Positions 25,346-38,219 of a stretch of DNA of 64,000 bases are shown here, piece by piece; position 1 is the first letter of the stretch, and each line of letters begins with the position of its first letter. The notes under the pieces are model-generated. The model was not told the origin of the DNA, made no database searches, and saw nothing but the letters and a program-made list of their open reading frames with translations. The stretch is from Chiloscyllium plagiosum (lineage: Eukaryota): assembly GCF_004010195.1 (NCBI RefSeq), contig NC_057718.1:68079872-68143871 (forward strand). Reading direction: 5' to 3'. The translations under genes and the position numbers were made by a program.

Positions 25346-27099
25346 CTGCCATGGTTAGTATGAGTCTGGACCTGTGCTGTTAGAAGGAATAGGGAATGAC
25401 AATATAGATTTAATAGCAGAATTTAAAGTTTGAGTAAGAATAGAGGACTCTGGGAATATGCATGTCTATTTTTGGACACCTTGCACACCAAATTGAGAAA
25501 GTGGTTTGCACATTATGTGGATACCTGGACATCATTAAAAGAGGCATTAAATACAGAAGTAAGCAATGAATGTTGAACCTACTGGAGTATTGTGACCAAT
25601 TCACAGAAACAATGTGCAGGTACTTGAGATGGTTCAGATGAGGCTTAAAAGACTTGCAAGGTTAGGTTGGAAGGCTGGCATTCTTCTCCTTAGAGAAAAG
25701 GAGATTTCATAGAGGTCAACATAGTTATACATAAGGTACCATCATTACCCAATTTGGGGCATAAACTGACCCATCAGCCAAATGGGCCAAAGTTACACTA
25801 GATGACTTGGATTCAATGGATTTCGATTGTTATCTTTTCCTTTCTGCCAAGGCTCCATCAAATTAAAATTAAATGTTGTTCAGATTCCTCTTTTTGCACC
25901 TGGATTCTCATTTAATCAAGTGTGTGCTGCTTAAAAATTAGGACCTACCCAAAATTATTAATATGTTTGATGTTTTTCCTCATCACATTGCAACCTTTTA
26001 AAGGATTACTACAACGTACAACAGTCTCACTTTGTTTGAAGTAGGAGTTATTTCCAGATTTAATTTTTTCCTAATATTGCTAAACTTGAATGTATCTCAA
26101 CAGCAGTGCAGAGGGGAAGGGGGAATGCATTGTTTTCAATGTGGTTCTTAGCTGTGAAGTTATCAGTTGTAAAATGGATGGTGTTGAATTAGATTATCTT
26201 GCTTTGCAGTTGTTTTCAATTTGGCCCAGAGTATGAGGTAAGCAAACGGCCATTCAGTCTGTGGGGAGAGAAGGAAGCACATTGGGATGACAAGGTGCTA
26301 AAATTACCACTTACAAGTATCATACAGGAAATGCTGTATCTCAGGCAGCAAGCTACAGAACACTTCTCTAGCTTGTTAGTTCTGTTAAGCCTGTGAAAAT
26401 TATCCTCATAAACACAGAGATTTTGGTGATTTATAAGTTCTATGACAGCATAAATTTGTGTTGAATAGCACCTTTTTTTGATATCTGACAAAGTCTAAGG
26501 CTAGGATGTTGTTTAGAGATACAAGAGCTTTTCTGAGGTCAGATTCAATTGGCAATATCCTTTATATTGAATCTGTACAGAATTCTTCCTCCAGCAATTT
26601 TCTTGCAGTGTTCAAGGCTTTTTTATAAGCAATTGTGCAGGTACTTGTTTGTTTGTGTTTGCGGCTTATTAACATTAGTAAATGTTTGTTTTGATAGTTT
26701 ACACAAAACAGTATGTGAGAAAACAGTATGACTGCTTAAATGTGGAAAGAGAAAATATCTTGTGCAAAAACTGGAAAGCATTTTGTAGCAATATCTGTGA
26801 ATGAGTGATTTTGTACACTCATGAAAAAATGTATTGATCTCACTGAACCAATGTAGGAATTTCTTGCTAACACTGGTTGTATTCCTGAAAAGTGCAACTT
26901 TGTGTCAGATTTTACTGTTGCAATAAGTGTAAAAGTTGCAACTAGGTCTTAAAAAACTCTTCTTGTCAAAAGAAATTAAAACATTAGAAATTGAAATACA
27001 GTGCATTTGAAGTTCCTGTATTTCTAATTGAAATAACTTGAATTTTAAAATATAAAACAAATATTCAAATAATTTCTAGTTCCTGCTGCTTGGTGGCTC

Positions 27100-29160
27100 T
27101 CCTAATTGCTAACCCATGTGATCATCGCTTTCCTCTCTTGAAATCTCGCTGTGAGTGAGGGCTCAGGAGAGGGATGATTAAGGTGAGGGAAACTGAGAGA
27201 GAAGCTGTGAGCAGGAGGCTTTAGGGAGAAGTGGCAATTAAGAAGGTCTGGAAGGGAATTGATACATGGGAGAATGCAGGAGAAAAATGGTAAGCAGGAG
27301 AGAATCAGCAAGCGAGAGAGTAGTGCATGGAAACATTAGGGAATGGGAGAAGCCATCCCAAAATGGTGCTAATCAGGTCATGTGGCATTACATCAGCTAT
27401 GGGACGTTCTGAAAAAGGAGAGTGAGCAGTCATTAGTCATCGTACACCTTAGTACCAATGACAGGTTTTAAAACAATGATGAGGTGCTAAAAGCCAAATA
27501 TAGTGAGTTAGGAAGTAAATTGAAAGGGCAATTATGTGTGACCAAAATATTAGTTTTTCAAAGTAGAAGGGAACCAGTAGATGTGTCGTATCTAGGCAGC
27601 ACAGTGACTCAATGGTTAGCACTGCTGCCTCACAGTACCAGGGATTCGGGTTCGATTTCACCCTCAGACTACTGTCTGTGTGGAGCTTGCACATTCTCCC
27701 CATGTCTGCATGGGTTTCCCCTCTCAGTCCAAAGATTTGGAGGTTAGGTGAATGAGCCATGGGAAATGCAGGGTTACACCGATAGATAGGGGGTGGATCT
27801 GGGTGGGATGCTCTTTGGAGGGTTAGTGTGGACTCAAGGGGCCAAATGGCCTGCTTGCACACTGTCCGGATTCAATGATTCCAGAAGTACATTTGACAAG
27901 GTACTTTATAGAAGATTGTCATAAGATAGGAGTCCTTGGTGTTGGAAGTCACATATTGACATGATTAGAAAATTTGCTGATGGGTCAGAAACAGTGAGGG
28001 CGAAGGGGTTCTTTTATAAAGTTGGCAACCTGTAACCAGTGAGTTCCACAGGGGTCAGCGCTGGGACCATAACTCATTGCAGTATACATACTAATGGTTT
28101 GGAGGAAGGACATTAGTCTAGAAGAGGGGGGGGGAGGAGAGAAGAGGGGGGGGGAACTCTGAGTCCTGGGCCTGCTTTTGGAGCTGCAGCCTGGGTCTCA
28201 CCCAGGTCAAGGGAGTGTTGCTGCTGACCTGGGGCCCACTCCCTCTGCTGGTCTCTGGGATGTACGATGACTAATGACTAGAGTTTAGGGGAATCAGAGG
28301 TGATCTCTTTGAAACATATAAGGTTCTTAAGGGACTTGAGAGGATGTTTCCCTCTTAGTGGAGTCTAGGACTAGAGAACTTAGTCTCAGAATAAAGGGGC
28401 GCCAATCTAAGACAGATAGGAGGAAGAATTCCTTTTCTTGGAGGGTTGAGAGTCTTTGGAATTCTGTGCTACAGAAAACCGTTGGAGGCAGAGTCTTTCG
28501 GTATATTTAAGGCTGAGATAGATTCTTGATCAATGGTGAGGTCACTTCTGGAGTACTGTGTGCATTTCTGTTCTAGGAAGGACATTATTTAATTGGAGAG
28601 GGTTTAGAAAAGATTTACAAGGGTATCGCCAGGAACGGAAGGTTTGAGTTCTAAGCATAGGCTGTGACTTTTTTTTACTGAAACGTAAGAGGTTGACAAG
28701 AACCCTTATAGAGGTTTATAAAATCATGAGGTAAGGTGAATAGTAAAGGTCTGTTCCCTAAGGTGGGGTACCTCAAAACCAGGGAGCATGTTTTTAAGGT
28801 GAGAGGAGAAAGTTTTAAAAAGAACATGAGGACAACATTTTTACACAGAGCGGTTCGTGTGTAGAATGAACTGCCAAAGGAAGTGGTGAACGCAGGTACA
28901 GTTACAACATTTAAAAGACATGAACTGGAAAGGTGTGGAGGGATATGAGCCAAACGCAGGAAAATGGGCCTAGTTTAGTTCGGGAACACGGTGGGCATGG
29001 ATTAGTTGGACAGAAGGATCTATTTCTAGAATAGCAGAATCAATGGGTATGGGAAAAACGTAGGAAAGTGGATATGAGGGAGTTCTGTTCAGCTGTAATC
29101 CTTTTGATTAGCAGAGCAGGCTGGAAAGGCCTACTCTGTTCCTCGTTCTTATGGTCTTAA
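27100..29160 (+). mobile_element. Composite of CR1 fragments (ORF1 esterase-like piece ~27420-27470; RT/3' pieces 27885-29160)
   Basis: EQSLVIVHLSTND resembles the CR1 ORF1 SGNH motif VVVHIGTND. Also PQGSALGP at ~28047 and CR1 3' tails at ~28960-29030 and ~29150. Confidence 0.7.
27595..27882 (+). mobile_element. HE1-type SINE
   Basis: GGCAGCACAGTGACTCAATGGTTAGCACTGCTGCCTCACAG...GGGTTCGATT head and a full body. Confidence 0.88.
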
Positions 29161-30504
29161 GGCTAAAGCAAAATCCCAATACTACATTGTATCCACAATG
29201 CTATAACAAAATGGCAGCAAATGAGGCAGCCTAAACAGGGGCTTAGCATACCAGCGAAATGTAAAGTATTTTTTGTTTTTCAACTGTTTACGGTTCTATT
29301 AAAAAGAATCATTATCCTGTATCTTGTGCGATCACCATTATTGCAGTCAAGTCTTGAAAAGGCTTGCACCTGACCCAACCATAAAATTCAAATATATTAT
29401 TCCCATTTATTCTTGTTTGGAAAAACTGTTCAAACACGGAAGAAATTAATTATTCTCTATCAGGATTTATCTTGCTCATGCTAATTGTTTATCTATGAAA
29501 GGGAAATGATTCTCTTGCAGTAGCCTATTTACCGGCACTTAATCATCTATAGTGTTTGAAATTATGGCTGGATTGATTTTTGCATGTGTAAAATCAATAT
29601 TTTTTAAACAAATTTCATTGAAAAATAATAAAACTTTTGGAACATTTTCCCCACCTGCCAGTCTGCCTTTATACATTTTCTTTCAGTCAGAAAGGTGGAA
29701 TAGACTACACTGGTCTAATGACCTTCACCTGTCGATTTTATCTCTCCTTTGATCAGTGGAGAAATAATAGAGAATTTTGGTTTTCAGTGTTAATACCAAG
29801 TATCCCAGCACTCCACCAAAAAAAAGACTTAGCTTGCTTAGATGCAAGGTTAATAGAGCCACACTATCAACTGCTTAATTGTACCCAAGCTAAGGAAGCA
29901 AGATCTATGTAATAATCAGTCCTGTCAGATCAACTCCTGACTTTCCAGTTGAAATTCATTCACATTGCATTTTCAGGCCAACCAGCATAGCTGGGATTCT
30001 GATTTGTGAAAACTACCTGTCTGATCCTCAGACTGATTTGTTGTTCATTTTCTTAGTTTTCCTTCTTTTACCAACCTTGAGATCTGTGTAAGGATGCTTC
30101 AACTTTACAGATTGCTCATAAGAACAGCATGTCATGCTGACAGGACTATTTACATTACTGCACACAAGGCTCACAGAATCAGCACTTGTTCTGTACGTCA
30201 ACGGAAAACTACTTTTAAAAAAAAATAATTCAAGCCCCCTTTGGAAGAATATATGTAAAGTAAAGACACAACATTGTCAAGATAAGTTTTCATTCAAGTT
30301 TTTTACCAATACAATTAATGGTTTATTTTTATTCAATGATTTTCTATTTATAAACTGTTTAAGGAAGGGAAGTGGAAAGTGCACAGTAGTTTTGTCAGTC
30401 TCATAAATGATCAGGAAAATATATTTAATTGAACTATTATGATTCTAGCTAATAGTAATATTGGATGAGTCATATTCCAGTCAGAGTGAGACTTCAAGGT
30501 TTGT

Positions 30505-31130
30505 GTAAATATGTGTAGCTCGGGTGCCAGTTGCAGTTATTGTGGGTATGTTTGCCGAGCTGGGAACTTGGTTTCATCCCCTTTCTAGATAACGTCCTCA
30601 GTGCTGTGGAGCTTCTTGTGAAGTGCTGTTGTACTGTGTCAGTTGGAATTTTTTTTATTTTGTTCTGGCTGCTTCCGGATGCTTGTTGCAGTGGTCAGCA
30701 TATAGGGTCATGGTCAATGTGTTTTTTGATAAAGTCCATGGATGAGTACCAAGATTTGAGGGAATTCTCTGGCTGTCCTCTGTTTGGCTTGTCCTATTAT
30801 TGTTGTGTTGTCCCAGTCAAATTTGTGGTCCTTGTCATCTGTGTATATAGACACTAAGAATAGCTGGTCATGACATTTAGTGGCTAGTTGATGTTCATAA
30901 ATGCGGTCGCTAGTTGTCTGCCTGTTATTCCTCGATAGTGTTTTGTGCAGTCTCTGCATGGAATCTTTTAGATCAAATTTGTCCTGCACATGATGGGTAT
31001 TTGTTCTTTTGTTCTGGTGAGTTGTCTAAGTATGGCTGTCGGTTTATGTGCTGTCATAAATCCAAGAGGAGTCTGGCTGTCAGTTCAGGGATAGAGTAGT
31101 TAATGTGTTGGGTCGTGGCATGTCCTCATC
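30505..31130 (-). mobile_element. Penelope-like element (Poseidon-type) GIY-YIG C-terminus and pLTR
   Basis: ORF 30714-30989 RIYEHQLATKCHDQLFLVSIYTDDKDHKFDWDNTTIIGQAKQRTAREF. Minus-strand hammerhead remnant CTGAGGACGTTATCTAGAAAGGGGATGAAAC at 30601 to 30571. Confidence 0.8.
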
Positions 31131-31144
31131 GCATTGTTTGTAGA

Positions 31145-33172
31145 CAAACAAATTTCTTGGTCCAAATTATTAATGTATATTATGAACAGTTGGGGTCCCA
31201 GCACTGAACTCTGTGATATCCCACTCATCACTGCCTAGCACTCTGAAAAGGAACCATTTATTCAAACACTCTGCTTCCTGTCTGTCAGCCAGTTCTCTGT
31301 ACACACGTTACCTCTGATACCATAAACATTAATTTTGCTTACTATTCTCTTCTCTTATGTGAGACCTTCTCAAAAGCCTTTTGAAAGTTCATGTACAAAA
31401 TATCGACTGATTCACCTTTGTCAAGTCTACAGGTCACATCCTCAAAAATAATTCCAGAAGATTTGTCAAGCATGATTTCCTTTCAGTGAATCCCAAGCTG
31501 ACTTGAACCGATCCTGTCAATACTTTCAAAATGCTCTGTTATTACATCCTTAATAATTGACTCCAACATTTTGCCCGCCACTGATGTCAGGCTCACCAGC
31601 CTATAATTCCCTGTTTTCTCTCCCTTTTTTGAAAAAGGTGGGGTTACATTAACTACCCTGCAGTCCATTGGAACTATTCCACAGTTAATTTGGAAGATCA
31701 CCAGTGCATTCACTATTTCTAGGATCACTTCCTTAAGTGCTCTAGGATGCAGAGCATCAGACCCTCGGGGTTTATTAGGTTTTATTCTCATCAATTTCCC
31801 CAATATCATTTCCTTCAGTTACTCCTTCATGCTTGATCCTCTGTCCTCTAGCATTTCTGGAAGGTTACTTGTGTCCTCCTCAGTGAAGACAAGTCCAAAG
31901 TTTTTGGTCAACTGGCCTGCTTTCTCTTTGTCCATTATGAATTCACCTGATTTTAATTGTAAGGGACCTACAATTGTCTTCACCAGTTTTGCAGTCAGTT
32001 TTGTGTTTTCTGTAAGTTTGCTCTTGTATTCTATTTTCCCCGTCTGAATTAAACTCTTGTCATCCTCTGCTAAATTTTAAATTTCTTCCAGTCCTCGGGT
32101 TTGCTGCTTTTTCTGGCCAATTTATATGCCTCCTGTTTGGCTTTAACACAATCCCTGATTTCCCTTATTAACCATAGCTGAGCCACCTTACCTGTTTTAC
32201 TATTATACCAGACAGCGATATACAATTGTTGAAGTTCATCCCTGTGTTCTTTAATTGTCTGCCATTGCCTGTCCACTGTCAACCCTTAAGAATCATTGGC
32301 CAGCTTATCCTAGCCAATACATGTCTTATGTCATCAACATTAGCTCTCTTTAAGTTCCGGATCCTAATCTCAGATTTAACTGTGTCACTCTCCATCTTTT
32401 GTGAAGAATTCTACCATATTATGGTCGATCTTCCCCAAAGGATCTAATTAATCCCAAGGTTGCTAATTAATCTTCTCTCATTACACAAAACCAAATCTAG
32501 GGTGACCTGCTTTCTAATTGGTTCTTCGACATATTGGTCGAGGAAACCAACCCTCATACGTTCCAGGAAATCCTCATCCATCACATTGCTACCAGTTTGG
32601 TTAGTCCAATCAATATGTAGATTGAAGTTGCCCATAATAACTACTGTATCCTTACTGCATGCATCTCTAATTTCCTGTTTGATGCCATCCCCAACCTCAA
32701 CTCAATGTAAGTTTGTTCGCTGAGCTAGAAGATTTGTTGTCAGATGTTTTGTCACCATACTAAGTAACATCATCAGTGAGCCTCCGGTGAAGCACTCGTG
32801 GGTGATGTCATCTCAGAGGATGGTAGATGGGGTGCAATCTACCTAAACCTAAGCACATAAATAGAAAGCGGGACATATCACGAGCGCTTCATGGGAGGCT
32901 CAGTGATGATGTTACCTAATATGGTGATGAAACATCTGACAACAAAACATCCAGCTCAGTGTGCAGACTTACATCCAGAACCTCAACCTGAGCTACAAAT
33001 CTTCTCAAAAATCGTTCATAACTACTGTTTAGTGGTCTGTACAAAACTCCCACAAATGATTTTTTTCCCTTTGATGTTCCACAGCTCCAATCATACAGAT
33101 TCCACATCATCCAGGCTAATATCCTTCTTTACTATTGTGTTAATCTCCTCTTTAATCAGCAATGCTACCCGA
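31145..33172 (-). mobile_element. CR1 LINE (endonuclease to RT), interrupted at ~32705-33015
   Basis: Peptides MGNFNLHIDW...FLDQYVEEP..LDLVLCN, GSDALHPRALKE and GNYRLVSLTSVAGKMLESII. Confidence 0.88.
32705..33015. mobile_element. Poseidon-type Penelope pLTR fold-back insertion
   Basis: Inverted arms at ~32705-32800 and ~32879-32974, each with a decayed hammerhead (TGATGATGTTACCTAATATGGTGATGAAACATC). The end resembles 30505-30600. Confidence 0.72.
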
Positions 33173-34514
33173 CTTATGAATATCCCTACAGGTCCTGAGC
33201 GCAGTCTGCCAAGGTTACATTGATTGCTTTATGCATTTTGGGTTTATGCAAGGTATTTTTAAATTTCAATTTTTCATCATGTATCCCACATTCTATTTGC
33301 TGACTTTCATGCTGTCTTCACCAGAATGTTTTCAAACCACTGAAAGGTGATGTATAACTTGCCATCATGTCCCAGTTTCTGCAATAAAGTGGCATAGCTT
33401 CTTCATAATTTGGTTATTAGGATTGCCTTCATTCAGGATAAAGTGTTGAATCAGATTAAGGTAGCAATTTGTTTTGCAATGATGCAACTCTAAATAAATC
33501 GAAAATATTTTGTATGTAAGAATTTTAACTTGGTATAAGTTGACCGGCACAGCCCGAGTTTAGTTTGTGCAGCACATTTTTTGTATGGGTTTACTGTAAT
33601 TCATATGATTTCCTATATTCATTCAGAGATACCAGATATGTTTCCTACAATGCAGCTGCAATGAAACTGCTTTATGCTCGTTTTACATGCTGACATTAGT
33701 TGATGAACAAGCACAATATTCTGCCAAATCTGCAAGGAAGTGAAAGCAGAATGAATTCATAGATTAAGCACTAAAAAATCATTACACTGCGCACCTGTGT
33801 AGGAACATGTTTTACAAATTTTAATTGCACCAGCCAGAGAGCAAGACTCTGGTGAATAAACTGGCAAGGTGAGTGAGTCTAATTTGCCAGTACTGTAAAT
33901 ATTCCTACATATCCAGAGTGTTGTTTGCCAAGCTCACATTTACACTTCCCTGTATTCACTGCAGTATGCATTTTGGTTTTATACAAGGTACTTTTAAACT
34001 ATTAATAAGATTTACTTTGACTTCACTCTTCTGTTGCAGTGTCTTCATTGAAAGTTTCGGCTTCCCTTTCTCATCGTTGTTTAAAAGTGCATAAACGTTT
34101 CAACGTATAGCTGAAATATTTGTCATACAGAAGCCAAAGTTCTTGATGTATATATGCTTGACATGTCGCATTAACTTCTCTGGGTCATTACATCACAGCT
34201 TTAGTTTGCAGGGGCATTATTGTCAGCTTACCTCAGTTCACAGTTGCATGTTTTTTTATAAATATGCTATATATGCTGTCGAAACAAAAATACCTCTGCT
34301 CTCTGCCATCTTTGCAGCAAGTTAATCTATTGTACCATTTAAACCAATTTGTTACACGTTCCTTTAAACATTATAAATGCTTTGTTTTTAAAATCAAGAT
34401 GTTTCTGCCTGGTAACAAAATGGTGTGATACAAAAAGTACTTATTCACTACACTATACATCTGTATATGTGCCTTCATTGATGGATTGGTTTCTTTATCT
34501 TTTTAGGATAAAAA

Positions 34515-34829
34515 TCCCTTTAGTGCAGAAAAAGGCCATTTGGCCATTGAGCAGCACAACCCTCAAGCATCCTACCCATGTCAAGCACCCACTGTATCTC
34601 TGTCACCCTACATTTACCATGCCTAACCCACCTAGTCTGCACATTCCTGGCCAATCCACCTAACCTGCACATCTTTGGATTATGGGAGAAAAACGGATCA
34701 CCCAGCGTGAACCCATGCAGACACTGGGAGAGCATGCAAACTCCACACAGATGGTCACCAAAACCGAAATTAACTGGGGTTCCTGGTGCTATGAGGCAGT
34801 AGTGCTAACTGCTGAGCCACCGTGCTGCC
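34515..34829 (-). mobile_element. HE1-type SINE
   Basis: Minus strand GGCAGCACGGTGGCTCAGCAGTTAGCACTACTGCCTCATAGCACCAGG head. Confidence 0.85.
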
Positions 34830-36649
34830 ACTTTAGTAATCGCACTACACATCCTATAAAGAATTCCTGACAAATAAATAAATAGTGAATTCTTCTTGTC
34901 CTTCATTCAGGGCAATGGCTTGATTTGACTTTGGAACTTGTCCACTGCTACTGATACTTTCTATTATTCAGTTGCAAAAAATATGGATAGAAGGTATGGA
35001 GAATTGCTCTCACTCAAAGAATTGCAAACACTCTAAGATGTTGGATATGATTCCACAAATGATAGCAAAAGGGAATTGAACTATACTTGAGGATAAGGAG
35101 CTTAGAGAGGTACAAAACAAAATAAAATGGACATGCTGGACTAAGCGGTTTCTGTCTGAAGACCAGGTTATTGGTCGTCTCCTGTCTCATAATTTCCAAT
35201 GATTCTATAATGCTGCAAAAAGAGCTAGATGGCTTATCTTCTGAGTGTGAAGATTGTAGGTTAGATTTATTTGGGATTTAAAGTCTCTTTAATCTATTAC
35301 ATTAGTAAAGAAAGCTGCTATATTGTCAAGAAGTTACATCTTTCCAATTAAACATCCAACTACCTGCTCACAGTTATTTTAATAAGTCACATGGCTTATT
35401 CAAAGAAGTGAGCGCATATTCCTTCAGAAAAAAACAGCAACAAATTATCTTATCATTTATTCATTTGCTGTTTTGAAATCCTATTGGATCATAATTAGTG
35501 ATTGTTTATCCATTGATTGCACACTAAAATAAACCACTGGCACTAAAGTGTTTTGGGAAATCCTGAATGATCTAATAATTGCATATGACTTTCACATTCT
35601 CTCTTGTATGAATTGTGGGCCAAAAGCAAGAGTCACCATCTTACTCAAAGGTGCTTAACTGAATTATGGTAGGGACTACTGAGCTGAAGAAGAGAATAAA
35701 AGATAGTAGTAAAAGAATGTAATCATCTGTTAATAAATTCTTAGATTCTATAGTAATGCCTTAGTCCAGAAATGAAAGTGGGCAATTCAGAGGAATACAT
35801 TAGATATCCTGCCAGCTATGGTTTTAAGAATCAAATGGAAAACCCAAGTATAATGGGAATTAAGTCACTCAGCAAGTTTATATGTACCAGACTGAAATGT
35901 TTTGGATATGATACTTTTTAAAAAGTGAGTCCAGCTCTGCTGCTATACTATGACATAACAGCCATTGTTCATAAATATAGTTCTCCAAAGCTACTAGATC
36001 TGGGTTATACTCAGAAATTAAACGTTTGGTTACTGGACACTGAAGTATAAATTATGGTTCAATTAATTCATATCACTTCCATATGAGAAGGTGATTCAAA
36101 TTTATAAAATGTTTCAGTGAAAACGTCTTCATATAGGTGTAGACAGTGATGTCACTATAGTCATATGTGCAGACTGAGACAAAATAAATTGTAGTTGCCC
36201 TTTTAACATCTTAAAAATAAGCTTATTTAAAACAAGGTTCTTTTCTAAGCTATCAGTTATAGATACAATTGATTTTTCCCTGCACAAGTGACAAAGAGAT
36301 GCTACATGTTTACAGTGAGTGTAGAATGCGTGAATGGTTTTAAAAGAGCAGACTGAAATCTATAGTTGGCATGAATTGTATATTATGTATTTGAATTTTG
36401 AAAATTCCTGAATAGATTGGAATGGGATTTTCATGGGGTTAGGGAACGTGCAGGAAACAATCAAACTACCTTGATGGCTTTTTTTAAAGTACTTTTTACT
36501 TGTGGTATTTTAAAGTTTCGTATTCGTATATTTAAAGCAACAATTTTGTGTATTTGTCCCAATCTGTTAGTTTCCAGCATTAATCTTGAATAAAATTTGC
36601 AAATACATTTTAGGATTAATGTTAGTTCCCCAAATTGTTATGTACATAG

Positions 36650-36762
36650 CTTCAATGGGTCTCGGAGCAGACATGCTGGCACAGGCCGATTCCAAACTTC
36701 AAGTACCTCAGAAAATGGATATTAAAGAAGAAGGACCCCCTCCGACTGAGACCAAGTCTAAG
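36650..36762 (+). CDS. ARID1B: ARID1B internal coding exon B (113 bp, phase 1 to 0)
   Basis: Acceptor catAG|CT and donor AAG|GTATTT; phase is compatible with exon A. Encodes ASMGLGADMLAQADSKLQVPQKMDIKEEGPPPTETKSK, versus recalled human [37 protein letters not shown]. Confidence 0.9.
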
Positions 36763-37285
36763 GTATTTCTCCAGCAATGATGGTGTTGGTTTGGCTGAAC
36801 AAGTCTGCTCTGTTTACATCATTTGGTTTTCAGTCTCTAATCTCTCCTGCATGCTTTTGCGTGTTCTATTCCTGTTCTTCTTTCAAGTGGATCTGAAAGT
36901 CATTGGTTCTAAAGGCACCTAAGAACAGTAGTAAATTTGGCTTTAAGGTGTTAGAGAGTTGTTTGCCTGTTTTTATGAACTGCAGCCGTTTTCTCTGCCT
37001 CTTTTGTCATGGCTTCCTTGCAGCAGCAAAGGCATTTGGTATTTTGCTTTTCTGGCTTTTTTGTAAAACTGACTAAGTGACTTCCTTCATTGGGGAAAAC
37101 TTGTGTTAAGCATCTCAAATAAGCTTAAAATTAAGCATGGTGGCTCCAGCAACCTTCCAAATTTATACCAATTATAAATGTTATGTGATTGTTTATACCT
37201 GTAAGTTAAAATCGATTTAACATTTTTTTCTTCTTTTGAATGAACCTTGCCCTGCCCTCCTCCTATTTTTGTCCCGCTACCACAG

Positions 37286-37444
37286 GATAGCTACAACTCT
37301 CAGGGTATTTCTCAGCCCCTTACCTCAGGCAACCTGCCAACCCTTTCCCCCATGTCCCCAAGCTCTACTAGCATCTCCTCAATGCATGGAGATGAAAGTG
37401 ATAGCATTAGCAGCCCAGGCTGGCCAAAGACTCCGTCAAGCCCT
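37286..37444 (+). CDS. ARID1B: ARID1B symmetric (phase 0-0) 159-bp exon C, probable cassette exon
   Basis: Acceptor cacAG|GAT and donor CCT|GTAAGT. Encodes [53 protein letters not shown], close to the recalled 53-aa isoform-specific segment of human ARID1B. Confidence 0.93.
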
Positions 37445-38219
37445 GTAAGTGGCGCTGTTTTATTAACCTCTCTGTTATGTAATGTTTGTGTGCTTTATTG
37501 AAAATCATTTAAAAATAAAAAATGTGTTTGAAAACCCCTTATCTTCCAAATGTAATGTCAGCAAAATAGTAGTTAGCTTTCCTGATGAGTGTTGCTGGAC
37601 ACAATTCTTTCCCAAGAGAGAATGGCAACCAGTCATGATATAGATCATAGACCACCATATCTTTACAAAATGTTGTCAAGGTTTGCAGACTGGAAGGTAA
37701 TGTTTTAGAGTAATTGAATAATATGTTTGAGTATATTATGTACGTATTAAAATGTAAATGTTGAGGCAATATTAAATATTCTACTTTATTAAACTTTTTT
37801 GTATAATTATTTATTGTAACAATAAAAACAAGTAATCCATTTTATCATTATACCTTATTGAATGGGGGAATGTAGTTGCTTGCCTACAAATTGGCTTTAC
37901 GCATTTTCCCATTGTGTATAGAGCATGTAAATGTTTAGCCAACATAAATTCTACACTTTTGATTTGGAATCCATTTCATAATTTAGCATAATTATTCATA
38001 GATGTAACAAATGAAAATGAATAAAAGTGGTGATTTTGTTCCATCTTATGTTCATGCCTTATTGTACTGAGGGATTGTAGACCTTTACCTAAAAACCGGC
38101 TCTACAAATTTTGCCTGTGGTCTATAAAACCAGATTTAACTGCAAAACTGCTGAGATCCAGCTTCGGCTGTGTGTTCTTAATCTAACAATCATTATAAAA
38201 TTACTGAATCTGAAATGTT

